64,000 nucleotides of DNA, taken from a virus. Both the position numbers and the translations under genes were made by a program. The notes under the pieces are model-generated. The model was not told the origin of the DNA, ran no database searches, and was given only the letters and a program-made list of their open reading frames with translations. This document shows, piece after piece, positions 57,788 through 64,000 of the stretch. The DNA is taken from positions 32,001 through 96,000 of IMG/VR virus record IMGVR_UViG_3300036820_000005; one strand, given 5' to 3'. Each line of letters begins with the position of its first letter. Position 1 is the first letter of the stretch.

Positions 57788-58703
57788 ATGACCGTCCGGA
57801 TCGACCAGTTCGGCAACATGCGCCGCCCGGACCCCAGCGGCCACCGCGGCGTCAAGCGCGTCGAGAGCCACCTGTCGCGGATCAGAAGGGCCGAGGACGT
57901 CCGCCGAGACCGCCGCGCCCGCGTCCTGCTCACCCGCACCCGCACCGAGCTGTGACCTGAGAGGAGACGGCAATGGCTGCCAGCACCACCGGCCAGATCC
58001 CAATCGGAACCATCATCACCGCCCGCCCTTGGGCACAGGGAGTCGAGCAGGACCCGCGGAGCGCCATCGTGATCGGCGGCGCGTGGGACGGCGAGTTCAT
58101 TACGGTGTGGTTCCACACGCTCGGTGAGCTGTCCCGGGAGGACGACGGCCGCGCTGTCCAGGCCATCATGACCAGCAAGATCCAGGTGACCGGCAGCCTG
58201 ACTGACTGGGCGCCGTCGACGCTGAAGACGCTTGCCAGGCGGGTGAAGCGGGGTGGGCACTCCCGCGACGTGTACGTGCTCAGCGCGATCGGGACGGCCT
58301 ACCGGGTAGCGACGGAGCGCGCGGCATGACCGGTGTCCAGCCTGGCCATCGGGTCCGGCGGCCGACGCTCCGCACCATGACCCCGTTCGACCTGGCACGG
58401 GCGCTCGATGCAGCCGACCACCAGACAGATGACCGCCTACGGCAGGCGGTCCTCAACGCGATGCGTGCCCGTTTCCCTCGGGCTGCAGATCAGTTCACGG
58501 CATGGCTGGCCGGGCGGGAACGAGCCGTTCAGGCCGCCACCGCGTACCGGGCTCAGGCGGCCAAGAAGTGGACGCAGATGCGGCAGGACGTCTACTGGCC
58601 GGAGGTGGAGGAGCTCGGCCGGTTCCGGTCGGCATGGGCCGATGCGAGCCGCGAGTACGGACTGCTCCGCATGGAGTGGGTGATCGCCGCGACGGTTCGC
58701 TGA
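57788..58703 (+). CDS. Three hypothetical ORFs (57788-57955, 57973-58329, 58326-58703)
   Basis: SD GAGGAG; ATGA overlap. Confidence 0.6.
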
Positions 58704-58786
58704 CCTGCGAAAACCAGGTCTTTTCGGACTGCCCCTTATTGTCGTGTTCTACACTTATGCGATATAATTTCTACATAGTTGAAAAT
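58700..58786 (+). promoter_or_regulatory. Repeated promoter module, copy P6
   Basis: CTGACCTGCGAAAA; TTGTCG(58739)-N18-TATAAT(58763); TTCTAC at 58747 and 58769. Confidence 0.8.
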
Positions 58787-58883
58787 TTCCCGAGCCTGCG
58801 AGGAGACCAGAGATGCCCAGCAGCCAGGCCGGCACAATCCAACCCCCATCCGAGGGCGCCACGACCGAAAGGAGCACGCAGCA

Positions 58884-59498
58884 GTGACTGCTGGAACCGC
58901 TACCCGCCGTAAGCCGAGGCGCAAGGTCTCGGACGAGCGCGTCCAGGAGATCGAAGCCCGCCGGGCCGAGATCGAGGCCGCAGCCGAAGCCATAGATGAC
59001 ACCGAGCCGGATTTCGTGGCGTTCCTGGCCCGGTGGGGTGACCGGTACAACGAGAACAACCTGCGCCGCCTTTGGGTGCAGGCACCCCGCGCGACGTGCT
59101 TGCACAAGTTCCCGACGTGGCGGGGGATGGGCCGCCAGGTCCGCCGTGGCGAGACCGCGATCATGCTGATGCACCCGCGGACAGGAACCGACCCGGACAA
59201 GGTAAGCCCCGCGAACCCGACCGGCGAGGTGTTCTACGGCGCGTCATGGATGGCGCTGTTCGACTACGCCCAGACCGACCCGATCGGCGACTTCACCGAC
59301 CAGGCCGACCCGGACGCCGACCCGGCCTTGGTGGCTGAGGTAGCACGCCTGCGGAAAGCGGCACTCGCCGAGCATCCCGACGTCTCCGCCCCGAACACCG
59401 GTCCCACCGATAAGGCGTTCCTGGCCGCGTGTGAGAAGTTCACGGCTGCATGGAAGCGCTACGAGGACGCCAAGGCGCAGTTGAAGGGCGACCGCTAG
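58884..59498 (+). CDS. ArdC-like N-terminal ssDNA-binding domain plus J-domain-like C-terminus
   Basis: YNENN..L..Q.P.AT....F.TW..MGRQVRRGE.AI; LFDYAQT; RKAALAEHPD. Confidence 0.7.
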   Translation: MTAGTATRRKPRRKVSDERVQEIEARRAEIEAAAEAIDDTEPDFVAFLARWGDRYNENNLRRLWVQAPRATCLHKFPTWRGMGRQVRRGETAIMLMHPRTGTDPDKVSPANPTGEVFYGASWMALFDYAQTDPIGDFTDQADPDADPALVAEVARLRKAALAEHPDVSAPNTGPTDKAFLAACEKFTAAWKRYEDAKAQLKGDR

Positions 59499-59500
59499 CC

Positions 59501-60127
59501 GTGACCGGCGACGACGGGATGGCGCAATGGCAGCTCGCCGAACTGGCGGGCAAGGTCGGCGCGCTGCTCGGGATGCCTCTGGACCTTACTTGGAAAGGAT
59601 GCGGGGTGCGGATCGGGATAGAGGGCAACGGGCTCTACGTGCAGGAGCCGTACAACCGCCGCGGGCGCATCTCGATCACCGGCTGGTTTCCCGTCACGTC
59701 GCACGGCTTCGACAAGGGTGAGAGGGCGGCCATCACCGTCCGCGCCGACCGCGGGCCCCGTGCCATCGCGGCCGAGATCAACTCGCGGCTGATGCCCGGC
59801 TACCGGGCAGCGATGGTCAAGGTCCGCGAGTGCGACGCGGCCGAGCGGGCTGCGCGGCAGGCGCGGGCGACGCTGACCGCGTACATCACCGGCTTGTTCC
59901 CGGCCGGCCGCGCCGTGATGCCTGCCCACTGCCAGAGCGACAACCGCAACGAGATCATCCTGTACCTGCCCGGCCACGCAGGCGGGTCGGTCAGGTTCCA
60001 CGGAGACGGCCGGGAGGTCGAGTTCGACCGGTTCCGTGTCCCCGCAGCGGTGGCGCTGCGGATGCTCGAAATCTCAGCGCTCCTAGTGAGCGCCGACCAG
60101 CAAGAGGAGGCATCGTGCCGAAGCTAG
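59501..60127 (+). CDS. Hypothetical protein
   Basis: TAGCCGTG junction; protein-like composition. Confidence 0.65.
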   Translation: MTGDDGMAQWQLAELAGKVGALLGMPLDLTWKGCGVRIGIEGNGLYVQEPYNRRGRISITGWFPVTSHGFDKGERAAITVRADRGPRAIAAEINSRLMPGYRAAMVKVRECDAAERAARQARATLTAYITGLFPAGRAVMPAHCQSDNRNEIILYLPGHAGGSVRFHGDGREVEFDRFRVPAAVALRMLEISALLVSADQQEEASCRS

Positions 60128-60459
60128 GGATCGCAGCAGCAACGTACGCCTGGGTGATCGACAAGGACCACCTGGCCGAAGAGGGCGCGGAGCCCGGCAG
60201 CCTGGCCGGTAATGCGGCCACTGTCATCGGGCCGGGTGCTGCTCCCGACGAGCTGCTGGCCAAGCTGGCGGCCGGTGAGGGTCGTGGGTTCTGCCTGTTC
60301 GACGACGACGGCGAGTTGTACTACGAGGGCCGGATCGTCAGCAGCGAAGGCGAGGGGTCGGAGGACGATTTCGGGCCGCTCGACGACTTCGGCATGCCGA
60401 ACGCCGGGTGCACGTCCATCGAGTATCAGAACGCCGAGGGGAAGTGGAAGACGCTCTGA
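60115..60459 (+). CDS. Conserved hypothetical phage protein
   Basis: SD GAGGAGG; F.L.DDDGELYYEG..F.PLDDFG.PNAGCT.IEY. Confidence 0.75.
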   Translation: MPKLGIAAATYAWVIDKDHLAEEGAEPGSLAGNAATVIGPGAAPDELLAKLAAGEGRGFCLFDDDGELYYEGRIVSSEGEGSEDDFGPLDDFGMPNAGCTSIEYQNAEGKWKTL

Positions 60460-60475
60460 CCTGATCGAAGGCTGA

Positions 60476-60511
60476 GGGGCCCCGCGCGGCTATGAGCCTG
60501 CGCGGGGCCTT
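60476..60511. terminator. GC-rich hairpin between convergent genes
   Basis: GGCCCCGCGC-GGCT..AGCC-T-GCGCGGGGCC. Confidence 0.55.
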
Positions 60512-60852
60512 CCCGTGCGGAGACCTCCGCTGAAAGGCAGCTGCCGGGCCCGTGCGGCCCGCTCACGGCCGGTCTGCGCCCAGCCGGGGATAGCGGCCTC
60601 GGCCGCTCCTGCGAGACGGCAGAATACGGCCATGTTCGCGGCCTGGGGCGCGTCCGGCCGGCCTTCGGCGGCGCCGAGCGCGACACCCGCGACCTCGGCT
60701 AGCAGGTCGGCACGGCCACCCGCGATCTCCCGCAGTTCGGCCACCGCGGCGTCGATAACGGCGTCGCCGGGCGGTTCCCATCCGGCGTGGCGGCACGCTG
60801 CCCCGGACAGCTCGGCGACGATGAGCCGGTCCGTCTTCGCGCGCTCGCCCAT
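60490..60852 (-). CDS. Reverse-strand hypothetical protein
   Basis: CAGACT hexamer 7 nt before the ATG; AVAELREIAGGRADLLAEVAG. Confidence 0.6.
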   Translation of the reverse strand: MGERAKTDRLIVAELSGAACRHAGWEPPGDAVIDAAVAELREIAGGRADLLAEVAGVALGAAEGRPDAPQAANMAVFCRLAGAAEAAIPGWAQTGRERAARARQLPFSGGLRTGRPRAGS

Positions 60853-61013
60853 GCGTTCCAGTCTGCACCGGGACCTGCGAACGGGGGAAGAGGCAGAGGC
60901 CGCGCGGCTGTGAGCCCGTAGCTCTGGCCGCGCGGCCTCGCTAGCCGGCCGCCCGCCTGGCCTTACACGCGCATCGGCTGGCAGGCAGCAGCTTCGCGCC
61001 ACCCAGGCTAGCA

Positions 61014-61035
61014 CTGCCACTGCCAGGGGGATTCT
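61014..61035 (+). promoter_or_regulatory. Late-promoter-like motif CTGCCAC-N9-GATTCT
   Basis: In-frame GTG 6 nt downstream (61042). Confidence 0.6.
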
Positions 61036-61041
61036 GTGCGC

Positions 61042-61512
61042 GTGGCAGAGGTGACGATCACGTTCGACGAGGCCGTGATAGCGGGCCTCGCCAAGAACAC
61101 TGACGTCGCCGCCGTGATGGACATGCTGGCCGGCCGGGTCCTGTCCGCGCAGAAAGCCCGCTGCCCGGTGTCGCCGGTCCAGCCGGTCTACGCCTCCGGC
61201 GGGGCGACCGTGGCAGGCGGCACCCGGTACGCAGGCGACTTCCCGCTCAGGCCGTCAGGGTACCTGCGGTCATCGTGCCGGGCGCTGCGGGAACCGGACG
61301 GGTCAGTCATCATCGGCCCGACCGCCCCCTACGGCATCTGGGTCAACAACGGCACGCCGCCCCACGTCATCGAGTCACACGGCCCCTGGCCGCTGCGGAA
61401 CCGGGCCACAGGCCAGGTGTTCGGCCCGATCGTCCACCACCCCGGCACCCGCCCGCAGCCGTTCATCACCGACAGCCTGTCGGCCATCGCCGGCGCGATC
61501 GTGGAGGCGTGA
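61042..61512 (+). CDS. HK97 gp10-like tail morphogenesis protein
   Basis: CPV..SG.LRSS..YGIWVNNGT.PH..VHHPGT.PQPF. Confidence 0.8.
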   Translation: MAEVTITFDEAVIAGLAKNTDVAAVMDMLAGRVLSAQKARCPVSPVQPVYASGGATVAGGTRYAGDFPLRPSGYLRSSCRALREPDGSVIIGPTAPYGIWVNNGTPPHVIESHGPWPLRNRATGQVFGPIVHHPGTRPQPFITDSLSAIAGAIVEA

Positions 61513-61513
61513 C

Positions 61514-61960
61514 GTGGCCGTCTCCGCTGAGCTTGCCATCGCCGCCTGGGTGAACAGCCGCGCCGACCTGATCGGGACACCGCCCGACGAACCGGGCCCG
61601 CTCGGCATGGGCGCGTACCTGCGTCAGCAGCGCTCCCCGGCCTCCGGCGCGTACGCGGTGATCGACCGGCAAGGCGGACCCGTCGGCGCGCTGATCGCCG
61701 AAGACAACCCGTTCGACGTCGCCCACATCATCGCGGAGATCCGCGCGGGAACCATCGAAGCCGCCGAAGCCGCCGCCGCCGCCTACGCGACCGCTGTCCG
61801 CGGGATGAACGGCAACCCGCAGCCGTGCGGCGACACGAAGGTGATCGTCCGCTCCGCGGACAACGTGACCGGCCCGCAATACGTCCAGCAGGCCCAGGAC
61901 TCCGGCGAGCAGTGGGAGTTCACCGTGGCTGCGGATTTCCTGCTCCAAGGAGGCATCTGA
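61514..61960 (+). CDS. Tail terminator-like protein
   Basis: Size and position. Confidence 0.6.
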   Translation: MAVSAELAIAAWVNSRADLIGTPPDEPGPLGMGAYLRQQRSPASGAYAVIDRQGGPVGALIAEDNPFDVAHIIAEIRAGTIEAAEAAAAAYATAVRGMNGNPQPCGDTKVIVRSADNVTGPQYVQQAQDSGEQWEFTVAADFLLQGGI

Positions 61961-62292
61961 TGGCCCAGCTCGACACCCAGTTCGTCAACCGGGAGACCCC
62001 CCTGTCGGGCAAGACGTTCGCCGAGTGCACGTCGACCGGCGACCAGTTCTCAGCCGGCGACGACGTGTACCTCGAAGTGAAGAACACAAGCGGGTCCGCG
62101 GCGACCTGCACCGTCGCGACGCCGGGCAGCGTCGACGGGATCGACCTGGACGACTACGAGTTCACCGTCCCCGCGACCACCGGCGACGTCGAGGTCGGCC
62201 CGTTCGAGTCGGACCTGTTCGGCGCCCAGGCCGTGATCACCTACTCCGCGGTCAGCGACCTGACGATCGCGGTCAAGCAGTACGGGAGCTGA
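61960..62292 (+). CDS. Small virion structural protein
   Basis: GD.F...YLEVKN.SG...T..V..PG; VGPF. Confidence 0.65.
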   Translation: MAQLDTQFVNRETPLSGKTFAECTSTGDQFSAGDDVYLEVKNTSGSAATCTVATPGSVDGIDLDDYEFTVPATTGDVEVGPFESDLFGAQAVITYSAVSDLTIAVKQYGS

Positions 62293-62296
62293 CCAA

Positions 62297-62857
62297 GTGA
62301 CCGACCGTGGCAACCCTGAGGCGATATCGCTCGGGCCGGGCTACCTGTGGTGGAGCCTGCTCGGCACGACCGAGCCGGTCGACCTGGTGACCCCGTGGTT
62401 CGAGGTCGACAACAGCTGGGTGAAGATCGGCTACACCAAGCAGGGCAGCGAGTTTGACTACCAGCTGTCAACCGGGGCGGTCGAGGTCGCCGAAGAACTG
62501 GACGCGATCAAGATGGCCCCCACCGGCCGGACGTCTAGCGTCACGTTCGAGATGGCCCAGCTCACCGCGACGAACCTGTCGATCGCGATGAACGGCGGGA
62601 CGATCGCCGACGAGAACGGCCTGGTCGTCTTCGAGCCGCCCGACCTCGGCGAGGAGCAGCGGGCGATGCTCGGCTTCGAAGCCGAGGACCACACCGAGCG
62701 GTGGGTATGGCGGCAGGCGATCATGGACGGCGCGCTGAAGATCGCCCGCCAGAAGGGCAACACCAACGCCACGATGGCCTGCCAGTTCAGCCTGGAGCGG
62801 CCCCAGAGCGGCGCGAAGCTGTTCAAGGCGCTGTTCGCCTCGCCGCTGCGCGCTTGA
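62297..62857 (+). CDS. Major tail (tube) protein
   Basis: LGPG.L..GTTEP..W..IGYT..GS.F.Y. Confidence 0.8.
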   Translation: MTDRGNPEAISLGPGYLWWSLLGTTEPVDLVTPWFEVDNSWVKIGYTKQGSEFDYQLSTGAVEVAEELDAIKMAPTGRTSSVTFEMAQLTATNLSIAMNGGTIADENGLVVFEPPDLGEEQRAMLGFEAEDHTERWVWRQAIMDGALKIARQKGNTNATMACQFSLERPQSGAKLFKALFASPLRA

Positions 62858-62866
62858 CCGGCTAGT

Positions 62867-62905
62867 CTCTACGTACAGCAGAACAATGCTCTACGTAGCA
62901 GAGAG
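62867..62905 (+). promoter_or_regulatory. CTCTACGTA direct-repeat pair (22-bp period)
   Basis: Copies at 62867 and 62889, just before the TAC SD. Confidence 0.55.
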
Positions 62906-62913
62906 GTGCGGGC

Positions 62914-63432
62914 ATGCCCACAGTGGAGTTCAGCTCGGACGTGCCAGGGTCGGAGAACCCGCTCAAGGATGTCGTGGTTCCGCTCGACGGGGTGGAGTTC
63001 CGGTGCGAGGGCCAGCTGTCGATCCTGGACCTGTCCGAGCTCGCGGCGAAGGCGATCGACGACGCGACCGCCGACGCCGCGGAGGCCGCGTCGTACTACC
63101 AGACACTCCTGCAGTCGTTCGGCCCGGCCGAGTACGCCAGGTTCAAGCGGCATGTCCACGACCACAAGACGCCCGACGAGGTCGTCGTCAAGATCATCCA
63201 GTACCTCAACGAGCAGGTGCAGGCCAACATCGAGCGGATGACGGCCCGCCCTACCGAGCCGTCCTCAAGCTCCTCTGGTGGGCGGGAGGGCCCGGCCGAG
63301 CAGCCTGTGCGCTCTATTTCAGCCGACCGGCGCAGTGTCAAGGTGGTGGAAGAGGGCGGGGATGTTGCGGCGGCCAGGGCTGCCCGCCAGCCGAAGACGC
63401 GGGCGCGTGGCACCGGCCGCCGTACGGGCTGA
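62914..63432 (+). CDS. Tail assembly chaperone (G)
   Basis: Between tail tube and TMP; RPT..SSSS tail. Confidence 0.7.
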   Translation: MPTVEFSSDVPGSENPLKDVVVPLDGVEFRCEGQLSILDLSELAAKAIDDATADAAEAASYYQTLLQSFGPAEYARFKRHVHDHKTPDEVVVKIIQYLNEQVQANIERMTARPTEPSSSSSGGREGPAEQPVRSISADRRSVKVVEEGGDVAAARAARQPKTRARGTGRRTG

Positions 63433-63668
63433 CATGGCCCCAGTTCTTCGACGTCGCCGAAAGCCTGTACGTCGCCCAGTGTGAGAGGGACCAGCACCTG
63501 CACCTGCTCGCGCTGATCGCCACGGGGCTCGGCGCGAAAGGGCTCTCCGGCCTGGACACGCCCGCCCAGCAGGTCGCTGAATGGCTCGCCCCTCCCGCCA
63601 ACCCGGTGGAGGACCGGCGGGCCCGGATCGCCCGGATCGCCCTGCTCGGAGGCGGGGAGGTGGGCTGA
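63250..63668 (+). CDS. Tail assembly chaperone -1 frame extension (GT-like)
   Basis: Open -1 frame ending 3 nt before the TMP start. Confidence 0.5.
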
Positions 63669-63671
63669 CCG

Positions 63672-64000
63672 ATGGCGACATTCGGCGCCGCCATGGCGCA
63701 GGCCTTCGTCAGGCTCCGCGTTGACAGCTCTGCCGTCGCAGCGGACACCTCGAAGGGCATAGAGGAAGGCGCCGGCTCGGCCGATGTCGAGCAGGCCGGG
63801 ACGTCAGCCGGGACGAAAGCCGCGTCCGCGTTCAGCAAGGCGTTCAAAGTCGGGGTCCTCGGCGCGATCGCGATAGTCGCCGCGTCGGTCGCTACGGCGG
63901 TCGACTTCCAGACCCAGATGACGAAGATCCAGACGCAGGCCGGCGCGTCCGCGTCCCAGGTGAAGCAGCTATCCCAGCAGGTGCTCCAGCTGGCCCCCTC
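63672..64000 (+). CDS. Tape measure protein (5' part, truncated by the window)
   Basis: SD GGAGG; AFVRLRVD..., AVDFQTQMTKIQTQAGAS. Confidence 0.85.
   Translation, partial: MATFGAAMAQAFVRLRVDSSAVAADTSKGIEEGAGSADVEQAGTSAGTKAASAFSKAFKVGVLGAIAIVAASVATAVDFQTQMTKIQTQAGASASQVKQLSQQVLQLAP

Larger units (their letters stand above)
1..64000 (+). mobile_element. Actinobacterial tailed phage/prophage genome segment (siphovirus-like)
   Basis: TerL, portal, protease, capsid, tail tube, TAC and TMP genes in canonical order; dense co-oriented small ORFs; high GC. Confidence 0.95.

Noticed and set aside
968-58786. CRISPR array
   Set aside because: The repeats are dispersed over kilobases and separated by genes, with no regular repeat-spacer period and no cas genes.

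Overview
A 64-kb segment of a high-GC actinobacterial tailed phage or prophage, siphovirus-like, with almost all genes on the + strand. No integrase, replication or lysis genes are visible, and the tape-measure gene is cut by the right edge. About 1-30 kb is a dense array of small accessory ORFs: an XRE HTH protein, two HNH nucleases, ParB, an HGGxSTG/TerS-like protein, many Cys/His-rich proteins and paralog families. From about 30.5 kb the virion module runs: fibre proteins, TerL, portal-MuF fusion, protease/scaffold, decoration protein, major capsid, adaptor, tail terminator, tail tube, tail assembly chaperone and tape measure. Accessory cassettes interrupt this module. The most notable structures read directly from the sequence are: (1) eight copies of a ~43-nt anticodon-less tRNA-like element (acceptor-like stem plus T-arm, with clear compensatory base changes), each right after the first or second gene of an operon driven by an AT-rich promoter; (2) six copies of that SigA-type promoter module, carrying a 22-bp-periodic TTCTACR operator-like repeat; (3) seven copies of a different CTGCCAC-N9-NANNNT late-promoter-like motif ahead of virion-region genes; (4) a ParB-like x2 / ABC-ATPase-GNAT / PanD / CoA-transferase III operon that may encode an undescribed beta-alanine-derived DNA modification; (5) conserved SD-stop-start junction sequences joining a long array of small genes. 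Family assignments come from recalled motifs, not database searches.
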